The notes: generated by a model not told the origin, from the letters alone. A DNA stretch of 64,000 nt from Candidatus Bathyarchaeia archaeon (GCA_038882655.1 JAVZNT010000001.1:96001-160000), one strand, 5' to 3'. Shown: positions 30,090-41,039, counted from the stretch's first letter. Translations and numbers: made by a program.

Positions 30090-31142
30090 ATGATAAACGT
30101 TGGAATTATTGGCCTTGGCCATATGGGTATACTTCACTTAATGAATTGCCGACATATTGATGGCGTTAAAGTTGTTGCTGTAGCTGACAAGTCTAAAGGA
30201 GCCTTAAAAAAGGCTGAACTTTTTGGTGTGAAAGCTTTTTTCACAGATTATCAAGATTTATTGAAGGGACCTCCTAAGGTTGATACAGTCATTATTGCTT
30301 TGCCTAATTTTATGCATTTTGAGAGCATTCAGAGCGCGCTAGAAGCAGGTGTTGATGTTTTTGTAGAAAAACCGTTGGCAAACACCGTTGAAGAATGCGA
30401 GAAAATCATTAAGCTTGTCGAAAAAAGTGGCAGAAAATTAATGGTAGGTCATAATATGCGATTTATTGAGGCAGTTGCGAAAATGAAGGGGGCCATAGAT
30501 AGAGGACATATTGGCGATGTAGAGGCAATTACACTTGAACAGATATTAAATGGACCCTTTGCTCACGGTGCAATTCCTAGGCCCGTGGCGGAATGGTGGT
30601 TCGATCCTAAACGGGCAGGGGGTGGAGTTTTACTGGACTTGGGATATCACATGCTTGATTTGTTTCGTTTCTTTGTCGGGGAAGATCCAGAAGTGATATT
30701 TTCATATTTAAGCTACAAATTTAACTTACCAACGGAAGACGGCGCAATTGTTATACTACGATCCCCCGTTTCAGGTGCAAGGGGAATAGTCAACGTTGGT
30801 TGGTTTCAAAAATCCGTTTTCCCGGAATACAATTTCCGCGTAGTTCTTCATGGTTGCGCAGGCTTCATTTCCAGTGAAAACCTTGCACCGAGAAACATTT
30901 ACTTTCATGCAATTAAAGAAGGAACGAAAAATATTCTGCGGAAAACTTTCGGGAGGAAAATAAAGCCTTTATCTTGGTCTTACTATTACGAAGCCTATTA
31001 TAAAGAACTCCAAAGCTTTTTCAGTTGTGTAAGGAATGACTCGGAACCGCCTGTTTCAGCTGTTGATGGCCTAAAGACCGTGGAGCTTATCGAGAAGGTC
31101 TACAAAAAGTTTGGTAAAAAAGAACCTCGACGGGACGTATAG
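30090..31142 (+). CDS. Gfo/Idh/MocA oxidoreductase
   Basis: GIIGLGHMG, VEKPLA, GGGVLLDLGYHMLD. Confidence 0.9.
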   Translation: MINVGIIGLGHMGILHLMNCRHIDGVKVVAVADKSKGALKKAELFGVKAFFTDYQDLLKGPPKVDTVIIALPNFMHFESIQSALEAGVDVFVEKPLANTVEECEKIIKLVEKSGRKLMVGHNMRFIEAVAKMKGAIDRGHIGDVEAITLEQILNGPFAHGAIPRPVAEWWFDPKRAGGGVLLDLGYHMLDLFRFFVGEDPEVIFSYLSYKFNLPTEDGAIVILRSPVSGARGIVNVGWFQKSVFPEYNFRVVLHGCAGFISSENLAPRNIYFHAIKEGTKNILRKTFGRKIKPLSWSYYYEAYYKELQSFFSCVRNDSEPPVSAVDGLKTVELIEKVYKKFGKKEPRRDV

Positions 31143-32070
31143 AAAATTGGGCGACATTGTAGGTTTAGTCCGAACACTAGACTCAAAAGAGGAAATAAAA
31201 AGTTCCATAGGAAAAGCCCTCGACCTCATAAATTTTAAACCAAAGGGTCGTGTAAAAGTTATAGACATCAAGGTTAACTTGTGTTATTATTGGCATGCTT
31301 CTACGGGTTGCACAACAGACCCCCGGGTTGTTAGTGCGATAATAGACTGTGTGCGTGAACGGTATGGTGAGAACGTTCGCATTCGAGTTGTTGAGGCCGA
31401 TGGAACTGCAATGAGAACAAAATATGCCTTTCTGATGCTGGGCTATGAAAAGCTAGCCAAGGAGAAAAATGTGGAACTTTTTAACCTCTCGGAAGACGAG
31501 GTACGTGAAGAAAAGGCTTATGTAAATGGGCATGAAATCCGATTCCAAATACCTACGTCGCTTTTAAAATCTGATCTTTTTATTAATGTGCCAAAACTGA
31601 AAACTCTTAGGGAAACCGGATTCTCATGTGCCCTCAAAAATATTTATGGTTGTATAGCCTATCCCAGGAAGATAATTTATCATCCCATTTTAGATGAAGC
31701 AATCGTTGGAATAAACAAGATACTGCAGCCAAACCTCACGATAGTTGACGGTATTATTGCCCTTGGACGTTTTCCAATTAAGCTTGGGCTTATTATGGCT
31801 GGTAGAGATCCATTTTCTATTGACTGGGTTGCCGCGAAAATAATGGGTTTTAATCCTTCAAAAGTTAAGTTCTTGAAGATCGCTATAAAAGAGAATGTTG
31901 GAAGTTTAAATGGTCTTCAAGTTCAAGGAGACGATATCATTTTTTTCCGGAAATCCTTTCCTAAAGTAGGCTTATTTTCGTCTAAGCGTTGGTGGAATTT
32001 GCTTTTTGGTTTATTTCATTTATATATTAAATTGACTGGTGATGTAATTCCTCCAATGCTTGAAAAATAA
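31111..32070 (+). CDS. DUF362-domain protein
   Basis: IKVNLC, TTDPRVV, INVPKLKT, ALKNIYG, IVDGI, DPFSID. Confidence 0.82.
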   Translation: MVKKNLDGTYRKLGDIVGLVRTLDSKEEIKSSIGKALDLINFKPKGRVKVIDIKVNLCYYWHASTGCTTDPRVVSAIIDCVRERYGENVRIRVVEADGTAMRTKYAFLMLGYEKLAKEKNVELFNLSEDEVREEKAYVNGHEIRFQIPTSLLKSDLFINVPKLKTLRETGFSCALKNIYGCIAYPRKIIYHPILDEAIVGINKILQPNLTIVDGIIALGRFPIKLGLIMAGRDPFSIDWVAAKIMGFNPSKVKFLKIAIKENVGSLNGLQVQGDDIIFFRKSFPKVGLFSSKRWWNLLFGLFHLYIKLTGDVIPPMLEK

Positions 32071-32081
32071 ATTGAGGTCAA

Positions 32082-33254
32082 TTGTGGATGGGCATTCTCG
32101 TTTTAACTGTTCTATGGCTGGTATTTTGCATTTTTTCGTTCGGGGCGTCAGCTCTAATTTTTGTTTTAATGAAAAATGCCGCAAAAAAGCCTTGGCGAAT
32201 AAAGATAGACGAAAATTATAAGCCGAGAGTGTCTGTGTTGGTTCCAACTTTTAATGAAGCAGATGTTATCCGTTTTAAGCTTGAAAATTTAATTAAAGTG
32301 AAATATCCAGAGGATTTGATGCAGATAATTGTTGTGGATTCAAACTCTCAGGATCAAACAGTTGACATGGTGAAAACCTTCATGGCACAATGCCCAAGAA
32401 ACAATATTCAGGTTTTGGTAGAAAATGAGCGTAGAGGGAAATCTGCAGCTTTGAATTTTGCTCTCAAAAAATGCAAAGGGAACGTTGTGATAGTTTCAGA
32501 TGCTGATTGTTTTTGGCCTTCAGATATCATGGAAAAGACTTTACCTTTCTTAGCTGATCCAAGCATAGGGGCGGTTTCCGGCCCTAAAGTTCTTTTAAAT
32601 CCGGATCAAACTTGGGTGACGAGAACTGAGGATTCTTATCTGAATTCAATGAATATGGTGAGGGTTGGTGAATCAAAGGTGGGTTCAACCTTGCTTTTTG
32701 AGGGCGGTTTCAGTGCTTATAGAAAAGAGCTGTTAGATTCTTTTGACCCTTATGATACTGGTTCGGACGATTGCGGTACTATAGTGGCTTTAGTGGAGAA
32801 GGGGTATAGGGCTATATGCGTTCCTGAAGCCCGTTTTTACAGCACTTTTCCAAAGTCTTGGAGAGAGAAAATAGACATAAAAATGAGAAGAGCTAATCAG
32901 CTTGTGAGGGTTTTATGGAAGTATCTTGGTCTGCTTTTAAGAGGTCGTGTGAGGGTTTCAAAGAGGATCATAGTTCAAGGCATCTTTATTTACCTCATCA
33001 GCCCAATAATGTTCATTGCTTTGGCTGTAACCACTGCTTGCTTATTGTTTAATTTTCCATATTTGTCTCTGGCTTTTTTGGTTTTCCTTATACCTCATGT
33101 TGGCCTTTATTTATTTGAGTTGATTCAAAGCTACCTTATACTTTTCGTTTCCATGTTTGCTGTATTAATGAACAAAAAATTCGTGATGTGGAAAAAACCA
33201 AGGGACAGGTTGCTTCTTCAAGAGGATGTCTTACGTAAATATCAATTGATTTAG
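32082..33254 (+). CDS. Membrane GT2 glycosyltransferase (PgaC/cellulose-synthase-like)
   Basis: VPTFNE, DSNSQDQT, GKSAALN, SDAD, SDD; N- and C-terminal TMs. Confidence 0.88.
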   Translation: MWMGILVLTVLWLVFCIFSFGASALIFVLMKNAAKKPWRIKIDENYKPRVSVLVPTFNEADVIRFKLENLIKVKYPEDLMQIIVVDSNSQDQTVDMVKTFMAQCPRNNIQVLVENERRGKSAALNFALKKCKGNVVIVSDADCFWPSDIMEKTLPFLADPSIGAVSGPKVLLNPDQTWVTRTEDSYLNSMNMVRVGESKVGSTLLFEGGFSAYRKELLDSFDPYDTGSDDCGTIVALVEKGYRAICVPEARFYSTFPKSWREKIDIKMRRANQLVRVLWKYLGLLLRGRVRVSKRIIVQGIFIYLISPIMFIALAVTTACLLFNFPYLSLAFLVFLIPHVGLYLFELIQSYLILFVSMFAVLMNKKFVMWKKPRDRLLLQEDVLRKYQLI

Positions 33255-33277
33255 CGTTCATAACGAATTGGGAAACT

Positions 33278-34267
33278 TTGCTGCCAAAACTTTTGGGGCT
33301 TAGTGTCATGGATCTTGTCTTTGCGAAGCAACAGAATTCTGGGGTGAAGCCTAAGGTTACCATAGGGATATGTGTACGGAATTGTGAAGCAACGCTAAGG
33401 AAGACTCTTAACAGCGTTTTAAATCAAGACTTTCCTCATGAGCTTGTGGAAGTGATAATCGTTGACGATGGCAGCGAGGACAAAACCCTTAATATTGCGC
33501 TTGAATTAGCCTCGAAAATAGATATGCAGGTTAAAGTTTTTTCTGGTAAATGGATGGGCATAGGACCTGCTAGGAATGTTGTAGTGGATAACGCGGAAGG
33601 TGATTATATCATCTGGGTGGATGGGGATATGATTTTACCGAAGGATCATGTGAGAAAGCATGTTGATTTTATGGAGAGGAACCCGAAAGTTGGAATTGCA
33701 AAAGCAAGACATAAAGTTTTGCCAGAAGAAAACATAGTTGCTTTTCTTGAACATGTACCCTACTTGATTTACGATAGTAAGCCAAAAGTTTTAAGATCCA
33801 AATTACCTGGCACCGGAGGAAGCATTTACCGCACTTCAGCAATTAAGCAGGCTAAAGGGTTCGATAATAACTTAAGAAACGCTGGAGAGGATCAAGATGC
33901 CGCCTATAGGGTTAGTAAGACAAATTGGCTCATATGTCAGTCCCCAGCCTTCTTTTATGAGAAAAGGGTGGAAACATGGCGAACGCTTTTGAAAAAATAT
34001 GTTTGGTATGGTTATGGAAATCACGATTTATACAATAAGAACCGCGACATTTTTTACCTCACCCGAATGAATCCTTTGGCAGGCTTTATAACTGGGGTTT
34101 TATACGCTTCTGTTGCTTACAGATTAACAAAGCGTAAAGCGCTTATTTTGCTGCCTCTCCATTTCTTTTTGAAGATGAGCGCTTGGTTTTTTGGCTTTAC
34201 TAAGGCGCGGATGGATTACTTAACAAGAAATCATACGCGTAAGTCGCTACACATATCCTCTTCTTAA
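33278..34267 (+). CDS. GT2 glycosyltransferase
   Basis: VDDGSEDKT, WVDGD, GEDQD; paralog of 38992..39885. Confidence 0.9.
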   Translation: MLPKLLGLSVMDLVFAKQQNSGVKPKVTIGICVRNCEATLRKTLNSVLNQDFPHELVEVIIVDDGSEDKTLNIALELASKIDMQVKVFSGKWMGIGPARNVVVDNAEGDYIIWVDGDMILPKDHVRKHVDFMERNPKVGIAKARHKVLPEENIVAFLEHVPYLIYDSKPKVLRSKLPGTGGSIYRTSAIKQAKGFDNNLRNAGEDQDAAYRVSKTNWLICQSPAFFYEKRVETWRTLLKKYVWYGYGNHDLYNKNRDIFYLTRMNPLAGFITGVLYASVAYRLTKRKALILLPLHFFLKMSAWFFGFTKARMDYLTRNHTRKSLHISSS

Positions 34268-34290
34268 AATTAAAATTCAAGGGAAGAATT

Positions 34291-35286
34291 TTGGCAGAGA
34301 AACTTCGTGTTGCCGTTGTGGGTCTAGGCAAAATGGGATTGATGCATGTTGGAATTTTAAACACTTTACCAAAAGTTGAATTGGTCGCGGTGTGTGAGAA
34401 AAATTGGCTGATCCGGAGAGTTGCAAAAAAAGTGTTTAAGCCGACTCATGTAGTTGATGACTTGAAGAAACTTCGTGGTTTAAACCTTGATGCTGTTTAT
34501 GTTACAACACCCATAAAGTCCCATTTCCCTATAGTGAAAGCTATGTATTCAGAGGGAATAACCTCCAACGTTTTTGTTGAAAAAACTCTTGCGTCCAGTT
34601 TTAATGAAGCAAAAGAACTGTGCGATTTAGCTCGAAAATTTGGCGGCATCAATATGGTTGGCTATCAAAGAAGGTTTTCTGTTGTATATAGAAAGGCGAA
34701 AGATTTGCTTGATCAAAAAGTTATAGGAAAACCTATATTATTCGAGGCGTACGCGTATTCATCCGACTTTTTTGGAATCCAAAACTCTCTTGAAACCTCA
34801 ACACTTGGTGTAGACGCTATTAGGGATATAGGGTGTCATGCAATAGATGTGGCTTTATGGTTTTTCGGAGAACTGCAAATTAAATCAGCAAAGGAAGAAA
34901 CACCAGCAAATATCCATTTTGAATGTGGGGGGTTGCATGGTATAAGCGGAAAATTCAGCGTGTCACAGTGTATGAAAAATTACCGCATGCCAGAGGTTGG
35001 TTTAAAAATCACCGGTTCTATGGGAATCATGGAAGTGAATGATGACAAATTGTTTTTAAAGCGAAAAGATGGGAAGTCCTCTACGTGGTATAGGCACGAT
35101 CTCGGCGATAACGTCGCATTTTTGCTCGGATCACCTGAATACTTCCGCGAGGATGAGCATTTTATAAATTCAGTTTTACAAGGAAGCCCAGCGGGGTCGA
35201 GCTTTGACACCGCCATGAAAGTTGACGAGCTAATAGATCAAATAATGGATAAGTTTGATGGCGATGATAAACCTTCTAACGATTGA
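34291..35286 (+). CDS. Gfo/Idh/MocA oxidoreductase
   Basis: VVGLGKMG, VEKTLA, DIGCHAID. Confidence 0.88.
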   Translation: MAEKLRVAVVGLGKMGLMHVGILNTLPKVELVAVCEKNWLIRRVAKKVFKPTHVVDDLKKLRGLNLDAVYVTTPIKSHFPIVKAMYSEGITSNVFVEKTLASSFNEAKELCDLARKFGGINMVGYQRRFSVVYRKAKDLLDQKVIGKPILFEAYAYSSDFFGIQNSLETSTLGVDAIRDIGCHAIDVALWFFGELQIKSAKEETPANIHFECGGLHGISGKFSVSQCMKNYRMPEVGLKITGSMGIMEVNDDKLFLKRKDGKSSTWYRHDLGDNVAFLLGSPEYFREDEHFINSVLQGSPAGSSFDTAMKVDELIDQIMDKFDGDDKPSND

Positions 35287-36103
35287 TGTTGAAGACTGGT
35301 ATCATGATCTAAAGCCGTCTTTATGGAAGGTATGCGAGGATAGGGTAGTCGAAAATACGCAGAAAATACTTTACATGATTGAAAAGCACAAGCATAACGC
35401 AACATTCTTTACACTCGGATGCGTGGCGGAACGCTTTCCAGAATTAATCAAACAAATCAGTGACGAAGGACATGAAATCGCCACACATGGATATTTACAC
35501 AAACCAATAACCAAGATAAGCAAAACTGAATTCGAAGAAGACTTAAAAAAATCGCTTTCCATCTTAACGCATATAACAAACCGCAAGATAATAGGACATA
35601 GAGCATGCAAATTTTCAATCACCCAAAAAACTGCATGGGCTGTAGATACACTCAAAAAGAACGGACTAAAATATGACTCAAGCATATTCCCCGCAAAAAC
35701 CCCAGAATATGGTGTTCCAAGAGCCCCAATTCATCCTTACCTTATCTCATCAGCAAACATCGAGAAAAATAACCAGAACGGTGACCTCATAGAATTTCCG
35801 TTATCCGTTCTCAGAATCCCAATTCTAGATATAAGTATTCCAGTGGCTGGTGGATTTTATCTGCGTCTTCTCCCTTACTGGTTAATCAGAGCTTCTTTGA
35901 GAAAAATAAACAGAATGGGATATCCAGCTGTTGTTTTTATTCACCCAAAGGATTTAGACCCGCAAAAACCACGGGTGAAAGAGTTGAGTTGGCACCATTA
36001 TTATGGTTTGGAAGGTGCAGAAGAAAAATTTGCTAAATTACTTGGCGATTTTAGGTTTACATCTATTGAAAACTACCTAAGAGAGTTTGGTTTCGATGCC
36101 TAA
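35255..36103 (+). CDS. Polysaccharide deacetylase with DUF3473-like C-terminus (PEP-CTERM-locus type)
   Basis: LTIDVEDWYH, ATFFTLG, GHEIATHG..H, YDSSIFP, GGFYLRLLP, FIHPKDLDP. Confidence 0.88.
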   Translation: MMAMINLLTIDVEDWYHDLKPSLWKVCEDRVVENTQKILYMIEKHKHNATFFTLGCVAERFPELIKQISDEGHEIATHGYLHKPITKISKTEFEEDLKKSLSILTHITNRKIIGHRACKFSITQKTAWAVDTLKKNGLKYDSSIFPAKTPEYGVPRAPIHPYLISSANIEKNNQNGDLIEFPLSVLRIPILDISIPVAGGFYLRLLPYWLIRASLRKINRMGYPAVVFIHPKDLDPQKPRVKELSWHHYYGLEGAEEKFAKLLGDFRFTSIENYLREFGFDA

Positions 36104-36740
36104 AACCGTTAGCGAATACTTTGAGAGCATAGCCTTAGACTTTGACTCCTATTATGAACAGCCAAAGGGACTTGTCAACAAAATCGTAAACAATTGGCTT
36201 AGAAAGCCAGGCTTAATAAAAAGAATGGAAATAACATTAGAGCTCATCAAGCCAAGCGCTGGTAAAAGAATCTTAGATGTGGGCTGTGGCTCTGGAAAAC
36301 TTGCAGTTGAATGTGCAAAAAGAGGGGCAGAGGTATATGGCATTGATATTTCAAAAAATATGATAGAAATTGCCAAAGACCACTGCAAGAAAGAGAAGGT
36401 AAAAGTCGAGCTTATGGTTGGAGACGCTCTCCAAGGGCTTCCAAAAAATTTTGACTTTTCAGTCGCGTTGGGAGTACTTGAATATCTCGAACGTCCCAAG
36501 AATCTGCTGGAAAATATGTTGGCTTCCGTTAAAAATGAAGGAAAAGTAATTTTCAGTGTTCCATCACTTTATGCCTTCCAAACACCAATTAGAAGGGTAT
36601 ACTTACACTTTAGGGGGGTTAATTGCTACTTCTATACTAGGAAGAAGCTGCTAAATCTTATCAGAGAATTCCAAGAAGTTGGCAGCGTGGAAATCCACAG
36701 TTATGGCCCAGGTTTTGTCGTTCAATTAACGAAAATTTAA
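36087..36740 (+). CDS. Class I SAM-dependent methyltransferase
   Basis: ILDVGCGSG, GIDIS, LGVLEY. Confidence 0.88.
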   Translation: MVSMPKTVSEYFESIALDFDSYYEQPKGLVNKIVNNWLRKPGLIKRMEITLELIKPSAGKRILDVGCGSGKLAVECAKRGAEVYGIDISKNMIEIAKDHCKKEKVKVELMVGDALQGLPKNFDFSVALGVLEYLERPKNLLENMLASVKNEGKVIFSVPSLYAFQTPIRRVYLHFRGVNCYFYTRKKLLNLIREFQEVGSVEIHSYGPGFVVQLTKI

Positions 36741-36754
36741 GGGTTAACACTTGT

Positions 36755-38011
36755 TTACAATAATGCATCTTTCAAAATTTGACCAGATATTGTGGGGCCA
36801 AAGTTTGGTGGACCATAATGTAATGGGAAAGCGCCTATTTCTCTCCACCAAAAAGCTGCGTAATGAATTCCCCATTCGTTTAGGATTTTTAAGGTGTTGT
36901 TCCAAGCGGTGATTTCTCTTTGTAATTCATCACCTGTCCATGTTAAGGCGCATCCCATCTCTCCAATAAATAACGGCTTGTTTAACGTGTTGCCCACCCA
37001 ATCAATCTTTTCAATCTGAAAAGCCGTTCTCACGTCATCATAGAGATAACCATATGGGGTGCCTTTTTCTCCTGCGAGGTTTTGCCATAATCCACATCCT
37101 CCATAAATTCTGTAGATATGCGTGCTATACAAGATGTTTCCTAGAGGGTCTGTGAGGTTGAAGTCGAGAATCCACTCGACCCCTTCGCCATCACCGCTTG
37201 CCAGTCCTGCCCAAACACCATATCCCCATTGGAATATTATTATTTGCTGTGCTTCTAGATTGCGAATTGCGTTAATACATTGCTGAGCAACATTTTTCCA
37301 AGAGGCTTTAGCGGTTTCATCTCCGTTGGGCTCATTCCACAATTCAAAAAGTACGTTTGGATAAGCTTTAAATTCTTGTGCTATGCTTGTCCACCACTCT
37401 ATGAATTCCGCTTCGTTGGCTATGACTTCAGATGCCCTTGTACTTGTCTGATATGGTGGATATGGCAACGGATCTTGGTTTCCACCGCTCCAGTAACTTT
37501 TCACGGTATAGCCGTCCAAAATGACATAAATGCCTCTTTCCGCGGCCATAACAACAAGCCTTTTTATGGCTTCTCTAGCTGGTAATGCGCAATATGGTGA
37601 AGATGGATGCCCAGAGTTTGGCCCAATGTTGTATTTCCATGTTTCAACGGACATGTGACAGCGTATGACGTTTATCCCCCAGCTTTTCATGGCATCCAGC
37701 TCGGCGGCTACATTCACATCGGACCAGTAAGTGTTGCCCATCCAAATGCCGTCAGGGTCGTCTGCAAACTCCACTTTATTAACGCCTCTAAGCGTCACAG
37801 TCTTGTTAAACGAGTTTTTAATATACCGCCCTTCAATGTGGAGGGGGCTGACGGTAACTATCTTGCCAGAACTAGTTATGGCCACGGTGCCCATGAACGA
37901 TGACATTACGGACGTTAACAAAAGAGCCTCGGTCAGCACGACTAAGGAAAGGAGCGCTGGATAAAACTTTACAGTTTGCAACTTTCGACTCCGCATTGAA
38001 ATTGGCGACAC
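36755..38011 (-). CDS. Secreted glycoside hydrolase family 5
   Basis: LRGVN, WGINVIR, FELWNEP (acid/base), STHIY, FIGEMG (nucleophile); N-terminal hydrophobic signal. Confidence 0.88.
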   Translation of the reverse strand: MSPISMRSRKLQTVKFYPALLSLVVLTEALLLTSVMSSFMGTVAITSSGKIVTVSPLHIEGRYIKNSFNKTVTLRGVNKVEFADDPDGIWMGNTYWSDVNVAAELDAMKSWGINVIRCHMSVETWKYNIGPNSGHPSSPYCALPAREAIKRLVVMAAERGIYVILDGYTVKSYWSGGNQDPLPYPPYQTSTRASEVIANEAEFIEWWTSIAQEFKAYPNVLFELWNEPNGDETAKASWKNVAQQCINAIRNLEAQQIIIFQWGYGVWAGLASGDGEGVEWILDFNLTDPLGNILYSTHIYRIYGGCGLWQNLAGEKGTPYGYLYDDVRTAFQIEKIDWVGNTLNKPLFIGEMGCALTWTGDELQREITAWNNTLKILNEWGIHYAAFWWREIGAFPLHYGPPNFGPTISGQILKDALL

Positions 38012-38050
38012 ATTGTAATAAATCTTACGTGTTACGAAACAGAATCAGCC

Positions 38051-38995
38051 ATGAAGAGGCGAAGAACGAAATTGAATGAAAACAAAATAACTTTACTGGT
38101 CGGCGATAATCCTTTCCTAGGCATAAGTCACCTATCCCAAGAAAGAGCCAGAGACAGAGAAAATACCTTGGACGATCCCAAAAACTGTGCCCACCTAGTT
38201 GCGGTCTCCGTCATGAACGGAGCTGACGGTTTCATGTTCTCAGTATGCGACAAAACCCTCGCGATTATAAAGGAACTGCACAAAAATGACATAATCACCG
38301 ATGTAGACCTTTATGCGATAGTGCCATATGCCTTTGAATATGTTAGACTGGCTGCTCAAACCGGAGGTTTTTCAGGTTTAGCTAAGAAAGTTTTAAAGGA
38401 TATGGTTTCAACTGGAGACTTGATGGCTATTTTGAGGGGGTTGAAAGGAGTAGCCATGGTCGATATTTCATCATTAATAAAGGCTTATCTCTCTTATGAA
38501 ATCTCAAGAATAAAATCTTCAGCGGGAAAAAAGGGACATTTAAAGTCAATTATGCTTCATCAAGCTGTAACCGACTTAGCCTTATCCTTTAACCTTAAAT
38601 CCCTTTTTAAAGCGTATGCCAACTTCACTTCGGGTTTAGGGATAAAACCTGGCTTTAACACTGGAAACTTTCCGCTTTTGGTTCAGAGATTAAAAGAATG
38701 GGGTATCAACTTAAGCGAAACTGTAATTGCTGCTCCATTTAACAAGGTTGGGTTTCAAATGAACCCCTCAAAGGAGGGGTGCGAAAAGGCTCTAGCGGCT
38801 TTTCCCGAACCAACGGTTATTGCAATTAGTGTCTTAGCTGCTGGTTATCTGAAACCGTTGGAGGCTGTAGATTACATAAAGGCTTTACCCAACATAGACG
38901 GAGTTGTCGTGGGCGTATCTAAAGAAAAACATGCAAACGAGACTTTTAGGCTGTTTAGAGAAAGTTTTGCGGAAACTGGAATGAAAACGGGATGA
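38051..38995 (+). CDS. Hypothetical TIM-barrel-like protein
   Basis: LLVGDNPFLGISHLSQ, PFNKVGFQMNP, IAISVLAAGYL. Confidence 0.6.
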   Translation: MKRRRTKLNENKITLLVGDNPFLGISHLSQERARDRENTLDDPKNCAHLVAVSVMNGADGFMFSVCDKTLAIIKELHKNDIITDVDLYAIVPYAFEYVRLAAQTGGFSGLAKKVLKDMVSTGDLMAILRGLKGVAMVDISSLIKAYLSYEISRIKSSAGKKGHLKSIMLHQAVTDLALSFNLKSLFKAYANFTSGLGIKPGFNTGNFPLLVQRLKEWGINLSETVIAAPFNKVGFQMNPSKEGCEKALAAFPEPTVIAISVLAAGYLKPLEAVDYIKALPNIDGVVVGVSKEKHANETFRLFRESFAETGMKTG

Positions 38996-39885
38996 GGGAC
39001 GACATAATAATTACCATTGGTCTTTGTGTCAGAAATGCTGAGGCAACTGTTGGTCGGGCAATAGATAGCATATTAAACCAAGATTTTCCACGCAAACATA
39101 TGGAGTTGGTTGTGGTTGATGGATGTAGCACTGATTCAACACTTAACATTATAAAAGATAAGCTTAGAGGCTCTAATTTGAAGACGAGAATTTTTCGTGA
39201 AAACAAGGGTCTAGGTTACGCAAGGCAACTTGTCGTTAACAACGCCAGCGGTGAATACATTTTATGGGTTGACGCAGATATGATCCTGCCCAAAGATTTC
39301 GCTAAAAAGCAAGTTTTGTTTATGGAGAGAAGCCCAAAAGTTGGAATCGCTAAAGGAAGATACGGCATATGTATGAAAGACAATTTGGTAGCTATGTTGG
39401 AAGATGTGGAGTTTGCAATAAGTTTTAGAAGTGAAGGAGAAGCAAATTTACCTGCTTTAGGTACCTCTGGTTGCATTTATCGGGTTGAAGCCGTAAAACA
39501 GGCAGGCGGATTTGACCCAGACATGAGAGGTGTGGGGGAGGACCAAGATATTGAAAGTAGAGTTAAGGCGGCTGGGTGGTTGCTTCATATTAGCCCAGCG
39601 GTTTTTTATGAAAGGCGTAGGGAAACTTGGAAGTCCTTGTGGGATGAGTATTTTTGGCATGGAGTTGGCGCGGCTCATCTTTTTAGTAAGAATAAGCGGG
39701 CGGTTAAAATTTTCAAGATGCTGCCTCCTGTGGCGCTTTTTACGGAGTTTCTACGTGTGCCTCTTGCCTATAAATTGACGGGTAGGTTTGCTGTGCTATT
39801 GTTGCCTTTTCACTATGTTTTTAAGAGGGTGGCTTGGATGATGGGTTTCGTTAGGGGCAAGCTTTTAATCTTCTGGTCTTCTTAG
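38992..39885 (+). CDS. GT2 glycosyltransferase
   Basis: VDGCSTDST, WVDAD, GEDQD. Confidence 0.9.
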   Translation: MRDDIIITIGLCVRNAEATVGRAIDSILNQDFPRKHMELVVVDGCSTDSTLNIIKDKLRGSNLKTRIFRENKGLGYARQLVVNNASGEYILWVDADMILPKDFAKKQVLFMERSPKVGIAKGRYGICMKDNLVAMLEDVEFAISFRSEGEANLPALGTSGCIYRVEAVKQAGGFDPDMRGVGEDQDIESRVKAAGWLLHISPAVFYERRRETWKSLWDEYFWHGVGAAHLFSKNKRAVKIFKMLPPVALFTEFLRVPLAYKLTGRFAVLLLPFHYVFKRVAWMMGFVRGKLLIFWSS

Positions 39886-39912
39886 AGTTTCCAGCGTTGC
39901 GCAGCAGAAGTT

Positions 39913-40998
39913 TTGGTAAAATGTTTGATGTGTGATTGGAAAATGAAAGTTGGGCTGATTGGTTGTGGCGGGATTGCCAATATTCATATGGGGGCATATA
40001 AGCGTATAAAGGATGTTGAGGTCACGGCTGTTTGTGATTTAAATCTTGATAGGGCTAAGGGTCTTGCAAAAAAGTTTGGGGTTGAAAAGGTTTTTGGTGA
40101 TTATATGGATATGGTTGAGGCTGAGCAGCTTGACTTGGTTGATGTTTGTACACCTGTTTCTACACATGCCAAGATAGTTATTGACGTTTCAAGGGATGTT
40201 CCGGCGGTTTTTGTTGAAAAGCCCATGGCGTTAAGCGTTCAAGAATGCGACGAAATTATAGAGGAAATCAGGCGGCGTGGAACTAAGCTTTGTGTTGGAC
40301 ATAATCAGCTTTTTCTGCCGACTATTCAAAGGGCGAAGGCTTTGGTGGATTCTGGTAGTTTTGATTTGCTTTCTTTCAAGACTGTTGTGAAGGAGGATTA
40401 TGAGTTTCTTAGGGCGCATGGTTGGCTGGCTCCTTGGGCTGTTGCGCCCGAGCAGAAGGGTGTTTTATGGGAGTCGTGTTGCCACCTGGCTTATTTGCAC
40501 CTTCACTTTTTGCCAAACATTGTTGAGGTTTATGCGGTTGGCAATAAGGTTAAGTATCCGGTTTACGACGATTTTGCAGTTTTATTGAGAACAGCGGATA
40601 GCCGCTTTGGGATTATTGAGCTTTCATGGCTTTCAAAGGAAACTGAAATTTCTTATGAGTTGAGGGATAAGACTGGAAGACGTTTGGAGATTTACCGTGA
40701 CTTTGACTATTTGATTGAGAAGATGGAGAAGCCGCCATACAACGTTTGGTATACTTTTCGCAATGTACTTGTGGATGAAGGACGTGTACTTAAAAAATGG
40801 ATAAAATATGGCGTTAGGTACCTCAAAAACGGTAAAACGCTGCCCATATATATCCTCTTAAACGAGTTCATCGAATCAATTAAAAAGGATACACAACCAC
40901 CAGTCACACCAGAAGACGGAAAACAAACAATAGCCCTATTAGAATGTATAGAAAAATCACTTGACAGTAACAAACCAATGGCAATGTTGCAATCTTAA
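39913..40998 (+). CDS. Gfo/Idh/MocA oxidoreductase
   Basis: LIGCGGIA, VEKPMA, PPVTPEDG. Confidence 0.88.
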   Translation: MVKCLMCDWKMKVGLIGCGGIANIHMGAYKRIKDVEVTAVCDLNLDRAKGLAKKFGVEKVFGDYMDMVEAEQLDLVDVCTPVSTHAKIVIDVSRDVPAVFVEKPMALSVQECDEIIEEIRRRGTKLCVGHNQLFLPTIQRAKALVDSGSFDLLSFKTVVKEDYEFLRAHGWLAPWAVAPEQKGVLWESCCHLAYLHLHFLPNIVEVYAVGNKVKYPVYDDFAVLLRTADSRFGIIELSWLSKETEISYELRDKTGRRLEIYRDFDYLIEKMEKPPYNVWYTFRNVLVDEGRVLKKWIKYGVRYLKNGKTLPIYILLNEFIESIKKDTQPPVTPEDGKQTIALLECIEKSLDSNKPMAMLQS

Positions 40999-41039
40999 CA
41001 TTCTAAATGTTCACTTTGAAATTAACGAGGATAAATTAA

